A DNA stretch of 56,676 bases from positions 2,302 to 58,977 of the forward strand of contig CAZBPN010000007.1 of NCBI GenBank assembly GCA_964493735.1, read 5' to 3'. The DNA comes from an uncultured Rickettsiales bacterium (GTDB taxonomy: Bacteria; Myxococcota_A; UBA796; UBA9615; CAYRNR01). The notes under the pieces are model-generated. The model saw only the letters and a program-made list of their open reading frames with translations, did not search any database and was not told the DNA's origin. Of this stretch, positions 38,893-47,853 are shown in pieces. The translations under genes and the position numbers were made by a program. The first letter of the stretch is position 1. Each line of letters starts with the position of its first letter.

Positions 38893-40847
38893 CTCCTCCG
38901 CCGGCCCAGGAGGACCCAGCCCAGCAGGAGGGCTACCGCCGCCGCGGTCGCCGGGCGGTCCGACGCCGCGCACGCGCAGCCGTCGGCGTCGGAGAGGTAG
39001 GCGGGGTTGTCCCCGTGACACTCGGCGTCGCCGCCGTCGATCCAGCCGTCGCAGTCGTTGTCGACGCTGTCGTCGCACACCTCGTCCGCCCCCGGGAACA
39101 CGGCCGGGTCCTCGTCGTCGCAGTCCTCGTCCGGGCCGTCGACACCGTCGCCGTCCACGTCGACCACGTCCTCGCCGTCGCAGTCCTGGTCCACCCCGTC
39201 GTAGGGCACCTCGCTCGCGCCGGGGTGACTGTCCGCGTCGCCGTCGTCACAGTCGTGGGTCGCCGGGTCCTCGTCGCACTCCAGGAACCCGTCGCCGTCG
39301 GGATCCCCCTCGCCCTCCAGCAGCACGCCGTCGCAGTCGTCGTCGAAACCGTCGCAGACCTCGTCGGCGCCGGGGAAGATCGCGGCCCGGAAGTCGTCGC
39401 AGTCGTCGCCGCCGCAGGAGGCGTCGTAGAAGCCGTCCTCGTCCTGGTCCTGGCAGGTGCAGAACAGGCCGACTGCGGCGACGCCGTCGACGATTCCCCA
39501 GCCCATGGCGTTGTCCGGGGCGTCCGCCTGGGAGGCGGTAGAGGTCAGCAGGGTCCACATCTCGTCTGGCGTCATCGGGCCGAAGGCCTGCAGGAGCAGG
39601 GCGGCCAGCCCGGCCACGTGCGGGGCTGCGTAGCTGGTGCCGTTGCCCTGTCGGTACTGATCGGGGGTCATGGGGTCGACGACCCAGGTCTGGACCCCGG
39701 GCGCCGACACGTCCGGCTTGATCCGGCCGTCGGCCGTGGGCCCCCTGGACGAGAAGTCGGCGATGTGGCCGAAGAAGTCGACGGCGCCGATGGCGATCAG
39801 GCCGTCGGCGTCCGCGGGCGCGCCCAGGGTCGAGGGATCCGGGCCGCCGTTGCCCGCGCTGTTGATCAGGATGAGCCCGTTCTCGACGGCCGTCGCGCAG
39901 GCCACCGACGTCACCGCGGTCTGTCCGTCCATGTCCGCCGGCTCGTACCAGTCGAAGTAGCCCAGCGAGGCGGTCGAGAGGTCGGCGCCCTCGGCCTCGA
40001 TCCACTCCAGCCCCTCGACGAACCAGTCCTCCTCGATGGGCTCCTCCTGGGACACGTCCTCGGTCTTGGCCAGCAGCACCGACACGTCGGGGGCCGCGCC
40101 GATGTAGGTCCACTCGTCCCGGCCCGCGACGATGGACAGCACCGACGTCCCGTGGTCGTGGGTGCCCGGCAGATCGTCCTCGCCGTCCGCCACCTCGCCG
40201 TCGCCGTTGACGAAGTCCCACGCGTCCAGCACGTCCACGTGGGCCAGGGACTGGTGCGCCACCGAGAATCCGGTGTCCTGGACGCCCAGCACGACGCCCG
40301 CGCCGCTCAGGCCACACTCGGCGAGCGAGGGGATGCCGATCATCCCCATCTGCTCCAGGGCCAGGCCGTACTCCTCGTTCGGTGGTGGGGGTGGCGGCGG
40401 GGTGGAGCGCTCGAGGGGCACGCCCCGGGCCCGACGGGCCACGGGCTGCACCCCCGCGACGAACGGCAACTCCTGGATTCGGGCCAGCTGTCGGGCGTCG
40501 GCGACCACGCTGACGGCGTTCAGCCAGCGGGATGACGCCCGCAGCTCGACCCCCTCGGCCAGGACCGCGTCGACGTAGGTGGGGCAGACATCCAGGTCGC
40601 GTCCGTCGAGGCCCAGGTCCCCGCGGGCACGCTCCCGGCGCGCCAGGGCCCTCGGGGACAGGGCAACCCGCCGCTGGGCGAGGGCGTCGGCCTCCTGGCC
40701 GGCGTCCAGCCCCTTGTCGGTGAAGAAGACCCAGCTCGGGTCGCCAGAGTCGGCGGCGATCGCCGGCCCGGCGGCCAGCAGGACGAACGCGACCGCGAGC
40801 GGGGTTCCTGCGCGCAGGCATCGGAGCACCGGGTTCCTCCTTCTCAC
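38889..40847 (-). CDS. Secreted S8 (subtilisin-family) serine peptidase with 3 MopE-like Cys/Asp repeats and a MYXO-CTERM-like anchor
   Basis: Signal peptide ...LLAAGPAIAADS. I9-like propeptide. Catalytic triad contexts VLGVQDTGF, HDHGTSVLS and GNGTSYAAPHVAGLAALL. Repeats of the type CDDxDxxxxPGAxEVCDGxDxDCDG. C-terminus DADGCACAASDRPATAAAVALLLGWVLLGRRRS. Confidence 0.9.
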   Translation of the reverse strand: MRRRNPVLRCLRAGTPLAVAFVLLAAGPAIAADSGDPSWVFFTDKGLDAGQEADALAQRRVALSPRALARRERARGDLGLDGRDLDVCPTYVDAVLAEGVELRASSRWLNAVSVVADARQLARIQELPFVAGVQPVARRARGVPLERSTPPPPPPPNEEYGLALEQMGMIGIPSLAECGLSGAGVVLGVQDTGFSVAHQSLAHVDVLDAWDFVNGDGEVADGEDDLPGTHDHGTSVLSIVAGRDEWTYIGAAPDVSVLLAKTEDVSQEEPIEEDWFVEGLEWIEAEGADLSTASLGYFDWYEPADMDGQTAVTSVACATAVENGLILINSAGNGGPDPSTLGAPADADGLIAIGAVDFFGHIADFSSRGPTADGRIKPDVSAPGVQTWVVDPMTPDQYRQGNGTSYAAPHVAGLAALLLQAFGPMTPDEMWTLLTSTASQADAPDNAMGWGIVDGVAAVGLFCTCQDQDEDGFYDASCGGDDCDDFRAAIFPGADEVCDGFDDDCDGVLLEGEGDPDGDGFLECDEDPATHDCDDGDADSHPGASEVPYDGVDQDCDGEDVVDVDGDGVDGPDEDCDDEDPAVFPGADEVCDDSVDNDCDGWIDGGDAECHGDNPAYLSDADGCACAASDRPATAAAVALLLGWVLLGRRRS

Positions 40848-41698
40848 TCGTGGGCGACGCCGGGGAGCAGATCCAGAGGCAGGGAGCGCTCGGGCCGACC
40901 GGGCATGTAGAGGATCTTCAGCGGCCGGTCAGCCACGAAGGGCACGTGGCGGTCACTGTAGAACCCGTGGATCACGCCCTCGCGGACCCCGTCGGTGGCC
41001 CGGAAGTCGTAGTAGAGGTCGTAGCGCCAGCCCACCGGCTCCTCGCCGCGCATCAGCCGCTGGCTCTTGATCTCCGTCGGCCGCCCGACCACGCCCACGC
41101 CGGCCCGCGCCAGGCGCGCCATCCACAGGCCCCGGCGCAGGCGCACGAGGGTGCCCACCCCTGTCAGCAGGGTCAGCAGCCCCAGACACGCCGCGATCGC
41201 GATCCGGGGGATCGGGAACAGGCCGCTCGCCGGCCGCCCGCGGCGACCGGCGCCGCCCAGCAGGTGAACGTCGAGGGTGGCAGCCCCCTCCTCCAGCAGC
41301 CGGTACTCGTCGGCCGAGACCGGGCCCGTCGCCACGTCACCCGACGGGAGCCGGAAGGTCGCCACGTGCCCCAGCGGGTCGAAGGGCAGCGCCTCCGACG
41401 CCGCCGCCAGCGGGCCGGGCAGCTCCCAGCGCTCGGCCGAGATCACGGCGGCGGCCACGACCGGCTGGCGAGCGTAGAAGAGATCCGGGGCCAGCACCGC
41501 CAGTCCAAGGGTGGCGGCGAACAGGGTCAGGGTCGCCCGACGGATCAGGGGACGCCCCGGCACGTCCGCGTCGATCAGTCGCAGCGCCAGCAGCGGACCC
41601 ACCCGGCGTGGCGGCGGCTCCAGCCGCACCAGCCCGGCCGTCAGCGGGGCGTATCGATCGACGGGGTGATCACCGGGACCGGTCAAGGGTACGTCCAT
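40844..41698 (-). CDS. Hypothetical membrane protein (C-terminal DUF3592-like region)
   Basis: Two TM segments (TLTLFAATLGLAVLA; IAIAACLGLLTLLTGVGTLV). C-terminal VVGRPTEIKSQ...WRYDLYYDFRATDG...G. Its stop overlaps the S8 gene start by 4 nt. The family call is tentative. Confidence 0.55.
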   Translation of the reverse strand: MDVPLTGPGDHPVDRYAPLTAGLVRLEPPPRRVGPLLALRLIDADVPGRPLIRRATLTLFAATLGLAVLAPDLFYARQPVVAAAVISAERWELPGPLAAASEALPFDPLGHVATFRLPSGDVATGPVSADEYRLLEEGAATLDVHLLGGAGRRGRPASGLFPIPRIAIAACLGLLTLLTGVGTLVRLRRGLWMARLARAGVGVVGRPTEIKSQRLMRGEEPVGWRYDLYYDFRATDGVREGVIHGFYSDRHVPFVADRPLKILYMPGRPERSLPLDLLPGVAHE

Positions 41699-41811
41699 GG
41701 CCCCGCGGGGGCTGGCCGCCGGAGTCCCGGACGGCGCCGCGGGGATCCATCGAATGTTTCACCCTGGCCGGGCGCCCGTCAAGCGACGCGCCCTGGCTGG
41801 AGGGCGCCCGC

Positions 41812-42555
41812 TCAGACGATCAGACCGACCACGATGACCAGCACCATCAGCAGGCCGAAGACGAACTCGAAGACGAAGGAGGCGGCCGCACCGAACACGG
41901 CGCCCACCCCGGCCAGGGTGGCCTTGCCCGCGTCGCGCCCCTCCCGGCGCGCGACCCGCTTCACCCGATCCCAGCGGCCGGCCTCCGGCTCGCCGTCCAC
42001 GGGGTCGGGTGTCGGCGCCTCGGCGGGCTCGACCCCCTCCTCGGCCGGGACCTCCTCGCCGCCGGCCCGATTCCGGCGCCGGACGTGCAGCAGGTACTCG
42101 ACGAGCGCCGCCCCCACGAACGCCCCGATCAGCGAGCCGACGGGGGTGAACAGCAGGCCGACGACGAACCCCACCAGGGCGCCGGCGACCCCCCACTTGC
42201 TGGCGCCGAACTGCTTGGCGCCCAGTCCGGAGACGACGTACTGGCCGATCCCACCGATCAGCGCCAGCATCGTCACCAGGGTCAGCGTGGGCCACCCCAG
42301 CAACCACTCCTGTCCCACGGCCATGCGCTGGAAGCCGGTCCAGAACGCGAAGATCCAGGCGCCGAGCAGGATCAGGGCGCCGCCGGGTACCGCGGGCAAC
42401 AGGGTGCCCACAAGGCCGACGATCGAACACACCACCAGCACCACCCAGGGAAGGAACACCTCCAGCCATTGCCAGATCTCGGCCATCACCATCCCGTGCC
42501 CGTGCCCGTGCCCGATCCCCACCCCTCCCAAGTACGCAGGCGCAACCCAGAACAT
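41812..42555 (-). CDS. DUF456-domain membrane protein
   Basis: VVLVVCSIVGLVGTLLPAVPGGALILLGAWIF...GAKQFGASKWGVAGALVGFVVGLLF is typical of DUF456. Start options are 42555 (MFWV..., GGGGGA RBS), 42492 or 42486 (MAEIW...). The track ORF up to 42714 is over-extended. Confidence 0.68.
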   Translation of the reverse strand: MFWVAPAYLGGVGIGHGHGHGMVMAEIWQWLEVFLPWVVLVVCSIVGLVGTLLPAVPGGALILLGAWIFAFWTGFQRMAVGQEWLLGWPTLTLVTMLALIGGIGQYVVSGLGAKQFGASKWGVAGALVGFVVGLLFTPVGSLIGAFVGAALVEYLLHVRRRNRAGGEEVPAEEGVEPAEAPTPDPVDGEPEAGRWDRVKRVARREGRDAGKATLAGVGAVFGAAASFVFEFVFGLLMVLVIVVGLIV

Positions 42556-42642
42556 TGCGCCCGTCCCCCAACCTAATACAGCTCGCCGAAAACAAAAGGG
42601 CCAGGGCACCGATCCGGCCCGGACCCTGGTAGCATCGCCGCC

Positions 42643-43116
42643 ATGTCGTCCCCCGCCGACAAGGCCCGCCGGGCCGCGCTGGCGCTGATCGCCCGCCAGC
42701 CGTACACCGCGCACCGGCTACGGGCCAAGCTGCGCGGCAAGGGCTTCGAGGCCGAGGTCATCGACGATCTCCTCGACGCCCTCGAGGCGTCCGGCGTGGT
42801 GGACGACGCCGCGTACGCGGCCGAGTTCGCGGCCTACCACGCCCGGGAGCGCGGACCCCGCCGGATCGCCGCCGACCTCCGCGCCCGGGGGGTGGCCAGC
42901 CACCACATCCAGGCGGCCCTGGCCGCCCGGGACGACGACGAGGCGGGCGCCGCCACCGACGTCCTTCGCCGCCTGGCCGGGCGCTACCGGGGCCTCGACC
43001 CGCAGGTGGCGCGCCGGCGCGCCTACGCCATGCTGGCGCGGCGGGGATTCTCCAGCGACGCCGCCCGGGTCGCGCTGCGACGAGCGCTGCAGGGGGACGA
43101 CGACGAGGATGTCTGA
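42643..43116 (+). CDS. recX: Recombination regulator RecX
   Basis: ARRAALALIARQPYTAHRLRAKLRGKGFEAEVIDDLLDALEASGVVDDAAYA, followed by repeated three-helix units. 157 aa. Confidence 0.85.
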   Translation: MSSPADKARRAALALIARQPYTAHRLRAKLRGKGFEAEVIDDLLDALEASGVVDDAAYAAEFAAYHARERGPRRIAADLRARGVASHHIQAALAARDDDEAGAATDVLRRLAGRYRGLDPQVARRRAYAMLARRGFSSDAARVALRRALQGDDDEDV

Positions 43117-45301
43117 GCAGTCCAAGCTGTTCGGCGGCAAGCGGTCGGAGGACTCCGTCACCCTCGAGGGCGAGGTCTCCCGGATCGTGTTCGCCAGCGA
43201 GGAGAGCGGCTGGACGGTGCTCCGGTTCGTGGCCGAGGGCGATCGAATCACCGCGGTCGGATCGATGCCCGGCGTGCGGGAAGGCGAGCTGTTGCGGCTG
43301 ACCGGTCGCTGGACCGCCCACCCCAAGTTCGGTCAGCAGCTCGAGATCGAGAGCTACCTGCCGGTGACCCACACCACGCTGGCCGGCGTCCGACGCTACC
43401 TGGGCTCCGGACTGGTGCCCGGCATCGGCGAGGCCTTCGCCGGCCGCCTGGTCGAGCACTTCGGCGACCGGACCCTGGACGTGATCGAGAACCAACCGGA
43501 GCGGCTGGCGGAGGTGGCCGGGATCGGCCCCACCCGGATCCGGCGGATCCGCGAGGCGTGGGCGGCCCACCACGCCACCCGGGACGTGATGGTCTTCCTG
43601 CAGGGGCACGGCATCTCGCCGGCGTATGCCGGCCGCATCCAGCGGCGCTACGGCGGCCGGGCGATGGCCGTCCTGAAGGAGAACCCCTACCGGCTCGCCA
43701 GCGACGTGGCCGGCATCGGTTTCAAGCGCGCCGACGAGATCGCCCGGTCCTTCGGGATCCCGGAGGACAGCCCCCTGCGCGCCCGCGCCGGCCTGCTCCA
43801 CGCCCTGGGGCAGGACGCGGACGAGGGCCACACCCGCACCGAGCGGCACGACCTGGTGGGACGCGCCGCCAGGGAGCTGGCCATCGATGCCGCCCGCCTG
43901 GAGCGCGCCTGCGACGACCTGCTGGGCACCGGTCACCTGGTGGCCGACGGGCCCGCCCTGTCCCTGGCGGCCCTGGACGAGGCGGAGCGGGCCTGCGCCG
44001 CGGACCTGGTGCGGCTGGCGGCCGGGACGGCACCCTCGGCGGTCACCCGCCACGAGCTGGTGGCCGCGGAGCGGGGCTGTGGGATCCAGCTGGAGGCCAC
44101 CCAGCGCCAGGCGGTGGAGCGCATGGCCACCGCCCCCCTGGCGATCCTGACCGGGGGCCCCGGCACGGGCAAGACGACCTGCCTGCGCGTCCTGCTGGCG
44201 GTCATGGCCAGCCGGGGGGAGCGCGTCCTGCTGGCCGCCCCCACCGGGCGGGCCGCCCGGCGGATGAGCGAGACGACCGGACACCCGGCCAGCACCCTGC
44301 ACCGGCTGCTGGCGTTCTCGCCCAGGGACAGCGCCTTCCACCGGGACGCCGCCCACCCCCTGCGGGCCAGCGCGGTGGTGGTCGACGAGGTCTCGATGGT
44401 CGACACGTTGCTGCTCCGCGCCCTGCTGGACGCGGTGCAGGGTTCGACCCGGCTGGTGCTGGTGGGTGACGCGGACCAGCTGCCGTCGGTGGGCCCGGGG
44501 CAGGTCCTGGCCGACCTGCTGCGCTCCGGCACCATCCCGTCGGTGCGCCTGCGGACCATCTTCCGCCAGGAGGAGGCCTCGGGGATCGTTCACGCCGCCC
44601 ACGAGGTGCTGGCGGGCCGCTGGCCCCGCTCCGGTCGCTCGGCGGACGACGACTTCTTCTTCGTGCGGCGGGAGGATCCCGAGGAGGCCGCGCGCACGGT
44701 CATCGAGCTGGTCGCCCACCGCATCCCGCGCCGCTTCGGCCTGTCCGCCCGCCGGGACATCCAGGTGCTGACGCCCATGCACCGGGGTGCCTGTGGCGCC
44801 TCGACCCTCAACGGCGCGTTGCAGGAGGCGCTGAACCCACCCGGGCGCGCCGAGCTGGCCCGCGGGGCGCGGATCTACCGGGTCGGCGACCGGGTGATGC
44901 AGGTCCGCAACGACTACGACCGCGAGGTGTTCAACGGCGACCTGGGCGAGATCACCGCCGTGGACCGGGCCGAGGGGCAGGTGACGGTCACCGTGGACGG
45001 ACGCCCCCTGGAGTACGCCCGCGCCGAGCTGGACGCGGTGCTGCCGGCCTACGCGGTCAGCATCCACAAGAGCCAGGGCAGCGAGTACCCGGCGGTGGTG
45101 ATCCCGGTCTGCGGGGAGCACTGGGTGATGCTGCGCCGCAACCTGCTGTACACCGGCATCACCCGGGGGGCGCGGATCGTCGCGCTGGTGGGGAGCAACC
45201 GGGCGCTGGGCCGCGCCATCGGCAACGCGGACGAGCTCCACCGCCGCACGGGGCTGAAGCGGTTCCTGTCCGACGAGATGGGGAAGACGCCGGGACGCTG
45301 A
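43109..45301 (+). CDS. recD2: SF1B ATP-dependent RecD-like DNA helicase (RecD2)
   Basis: N-terminal OB/HhH region (VPGIGEAFAGRLVEHFG). Walker A GGPGTGKTT, Walker B VVVDEVSMVD, GDADQLPSVGPG, and the C-terminal motif YAVSIHKSQGSEYP. The ATG overlaps the recX end. Confidence 0.92.
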   Translation: MSEQSKLFGGKRSEDSVTLEGEVSRIVFASEESGWTVLRFVAEGDRITAVGSMPGVREGELLRLTGRWTAHPKFGQQLEIESYLPVTHTTLAGVRRYLGSGLVPGIGEAFAGRLVEHFGDRTLDVIENQPERLAEVAGIGPTRIRRIREAWAAHHATRDVMVFLQGHGISPAYAGRIQRRYGGRAMAVLKENPYRLASDVAGIGFKRADEIARSFGIPEDSPLRARAGLLHALGQDADEGHTRTERHDLVGRAARELAIDAARLERACDDLLGTGHLVADGPALSLAALDEAERACAADLVRLAAGTAPSAVTRHELVAAERGCGIQLEATQRQAVERMATAPLAILTGGPGTGKTTCLRVLLAVMASRGERVLLAAPTGRAARRMSETTGHPASTLHRLLAFSPRDSAFHRDAAHPLRASAVVVDEVSMVDTLLLRALLDAVQGSTRLVLVGDADQLPSVGPGQVLADLLRSGTIPSVRLRTIFRQEEASGIVHAAHEVLAGRWPRSGRSADDDFFFVRREDPEEAARTVIELVAHRIPRRFGLSARRDIQVLTPMHRGACGASTLNGALQEALNPPGRAELARGARIYRVGDRVMQVRNDYDREVFNGDLGEITAVDRAEGQVTVTVDGRPLEYARAELDAVLPAYAVSIHKSQGSEYPAVVIPVCGEHWVMLRRNLLYTGITRGARIVALVGSNRALGRAIGNADELHRRTGLKRFLSDEMGKTPGR

Positions 45302-45324
45302 CGCGCCCGGCGGGGCGGACGGTC

Positions 45325-45729
45325 CTAGAAGAGGCTCTCCTCTTCCATCGTCGCCTCGATGAACTTCTCGATCAGCTGCCGGTCGGCATCGCCCAGGTCG
45401 ACGAACTTGAACCCGTTGCCGCGGGTGCCGCCCACGTGGGTCTCGTCGATGCGGCTGACCACCTCGCCGGTGACCTTGATCGAGTCGTAGATGCCCGGGA
45501 GGTTGAACTCGATCTGGACGGCCTTGCCCACGTCGTAGGGCTCGGTGGACTCGATGAACATGCCGCCGGCCGACAGGTTGGAACAGTTGTGGAAGTCCAG
45601 GCGGCCGTCCACCAGGCCCTCTGTCCACAGCCTCAGCTGGAGCCGCACCGAATCCCGCCGCATGATGTCGGCAGCTGCGAGGTCTTGCATCTCCTCACCC
45701 TTCCTGGGGTCGTCGTTGTCGCCCATCAT
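45325..45729 (-). CDS. Single-domain PilZ protein
   Basis: RRDSVR (RxxxR) and NLSAGG ([DN]xSxxG) motifs. 134 aa. Confidence 0.78.
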   Translation of the reverse strand: MMGDNDDPRKGEEMQDLAAADIMRRDSVRLQLRLWTEGLVDGRLDFHNCSNLSAGGMFIESTEPYDVGKAVQIEFNLPGIYDSIKVTGEVVSRIDETHVGGTRGNGFKFVDLGDADRQLIEKFIEATMEEESLF

Positions 45730-45916
45730 CCGGCTCCCGACCTGCGCGCCCGGGCGGGCCGCGAGTTCGAGGATCTAAGGTTTCTCAACAGATCCGCGTA
45801 CTTGCGTGATCGAGAGTCGGCATCATGGTATGCCTGGATCCCCCCTCTGTCAATCGGCGTCCACGCCCTGGTTGCGGTACACTCCAGCGGAACCAATCCT
45901 GCCGGGAGATGGCGAG

Positions 45917-46642
45917 TTGTACGACGCACGGGATTCCCTGATCTTCGCCCTCGACATCGACACCCTGGGCCAGGCCCGTGAGTGGGCGACGCGCCTTTCG
46001 GGCACCCTGCGCTGGATCAAGGTCGGGGCGCGGCTGTTCACCGCCGAGGGCCCCCCCGTGGTCGCCCTGCTGAGGGAGGCCGGCTTCCGCGTCTTCCTGG
46101 ATCTCAAGGTCCACGACATCCCGGCCCAGGTCCGCGGCGCCTGCCGGGAGGGGGCCCGGCTCGGCGCCTCGCTGATGACCGTGCACGCGTCGGGGGGACG
46201 GGCGATGCTGGCGGCCGCGGCCGAGGGGGCCGCCGAGGGGGCGGAGGCTGCCGGCCTGCCCCCCGCCACGGTGATGGCGGTGACCGTGCTGACCAGCCTC
46301 GACGGGGCCGCGCTGCGCGAGGTGGGGTTCGAGCGGGGCCCTGACGAACAGGTACTCCGGCTGGCCACCCTGGCCCGCGACGCCGGCGTCGGCGGCGTGG
46401 TCTGCTCCCCCCGGGAGGTGGGAGCCCTGCGCAGCCGGCTGGAGCGGCCGTTCCGCCTGCTGACCCCGGGCATCCGGCCCGCGGGCGCCGCCCTGGACGA
46501 TCAGGCCCGGGTGGCCACGCCCGCCACGGCGATCCGCGACGGCGCCGACTTCCTGGTGGTCGGGCGACCGATCCGCGCGGCCGACGATCCGGTGGCCGCG
46601 GCGGAGGGGATCCTGGGGGAGATGGCCGCGGCCCCACGATGA
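45917..46642 (+). CDS. pyrF: Orotidine-5'-phosphate decarboxylase PyrF
   Basis: LIFALDIDTL...IKVG...FLDLKVHDIPAQV...MTVHASGG...VLTS...VVGRPI. The TTG at 45917 has a GGGAGA RBS and gives a typical N-terminus. The track start at 45806 is the in-frame alternative. Confidence 0.85.
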   Translation: MYDARDSLIFALDIDTLGQAREWATRLSGTLRWIKVGARLFTAEGPPVVALLREAGFRVFLDLKVHDIPAQVRGACREGARLGASLMTVHASGGRAMLAAAAEGAAEGAEAAGLPPATVMAVTVLTSLDGAALREVGFERGPDEQVLRLATLARDAGVGGVVCSPREVGALRSRLERPFRLLTPGIRPAGAALDDQARVATPATAIRDGADFLVVGRPIRAADDPVAAAEGILGEMAAAPR

Positions 46643-47526
46643 TCGATCCCTGGCTGGCTGCCGCGCGACGCTCGCTGATGTCCGTTCTGGACGCGCGACT
46701 GGACGCGCGCGCGGAGGGGGAACTGCCCGGGATGATCCGGCGGATTACCGCCATCTCGGACCGGCAGCTCCGCCGGATGAAGCTCTCCCGCCTGATCCAG
46801 AGCACCAGCCCGCGGCTGGGCTTCCTGGTGCTGCGCTGGCTGTGGCATAGCCGGGTGGACGACGACCCGACCGCCCGGGAGATGCTGCTGGACCTGGTCA
46901 CCACGCGACCCCTGGTCGACTCCCTGGGCTACGAGCGGGTCCGGCGGCTGTACACCTTCGCCCGGCGCGACGGACCGGAGGACATGGGCAGGCTGTTCCT
47001 GACCGCCTCGGGGCCGACCCCTCCCCGCTCCTGGCAGGACGACCAGGAGGAGAACGAGAAGATGGTCTCGATCTCCCTGGGACAGCGCAAGGCGTACGCC
47101 CGGGGACGGGATCGGTTCAAGCTCGATCGGTTGCGGTTCGACCGCAACCCCTCGGTGATCCGCAACCTGCTGCGAAACCCGCGCGTCGTCGAGAGGGACG
47201 TGATCCGCATCGCCGCCCAGCGGCCGACCCACCCGGACTGCCTGGTCGAGGTCTACCGCAGCACCCGCTGGATCAGCCGCTACCCGGTCAAGAAGGCGCT
47301 GGCGTTCAACCCCTACTCGCCCCTGGACATCGTCATCGCGGTGATGCCGCACCTGCTGCGCCAGGATCTACGGGACCTGGGCCGATCCAAGGTGGCCGAC
47401 GATCAGGTGCGGCAGGCGGCACGGCAGATGCTGTCCACGCGCACCTCGCGGCGGCAGGGCAGCCAGGCGGTGCCGGTGACTGAAGACGGGGGTGATGGGG
47501 ACGGCGGCGGGAGAGAGACTGGCTAG
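46639..47526 (+). CDS. Hypothetical protein, helical-repeat-like, translationally coupled to pyrF
   Basis: ATGA overlap with the pyrF stop and coding-like composition. Repeated NP-x-[VS]-x8-10 helices ([28 protein letters not shown]...[15 protein letters not shown]). No family recognised. Confidence 0.6.
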   Translation: MIDPWLAAARRSLMSVLDARLDARAEGELPGMIRRITAISDRQLRRMKLSRLIQSTSPRLGFLVLRWLWHSRVDDDPTAREMLLDLVTTRPLVDSLGYERVRRLYTFARRDGPEDMGRLFLTASGPTPPRSWQDDQEENEKMVSISLGQRKAYARGRDRFKLDRLRFDRNPSVIRNLLRNPRVVERDVIRIAAQRPTHPDCLVEVYRSTRWISRYPVKKALAFNPYSPLDIVIAVMPHLLRQDLRDLGRSKVADDQVRQAARQMLSTRTSRRQGSQAVPVTEDGGDGDGGGRETG

Positions 47527-47723
47527 GCTTCGTCCTTCTCGGCGTCGGGGGTGACGTCCAGCTCCTCGGGCTTTCCATCGGCGGCGCTCTTGAAGTTCTT
47601 GATTCCCTTGCCCAGCGCAGAGCCGATCTGGGGCAGCTTGCCCACGCCGAAGAAGATCATGATGATCACCAGGATCACCACCAACTCGCCGAGTCCCGGT
47701 GTCCACAGGGCAGCCAGTGACAT
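47523..47723 (-). CDS. tatA: Twin-arginine translocase subunit TatA/E
   Basis: ATG at 47723 with a [55 protein letters not shown] followed by an acidic tail. The track ORF up to 47774 is over-extended. Confidence 0.85.
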   Translation of the reverse strand: MSLAALWTPGLGELVVILVIIMIFFGVGKLPQIGSALGKGIKNFKSAADGKPEELDVTPDAEKDEA

Positions 47724-47853
47724 CTCTCCTCCACGCGAGCGCCCGACGCGCCCGGATCGAAGCCAACATACCACTTCACCGGCCCATCGTCTGTAGATTG
47801 GCTCAGGCTGGGCTGCCGTCCGTCCCCGCTGAGCTAACGATGGCGCGGCTTCG

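Noticed and set aside
36780-45628. Long ORFs 36780..38729(-), 37546..39078(-), 37995..40535(+), 39247..40821(-), 40850..42688(+) and 42758..45628(-)
   Set aside because: They are antisense to or out of frame with well-supported genes (B-box/Yip1 paralog, S8 protease, recD2 and others). Their composition is low-complexity.
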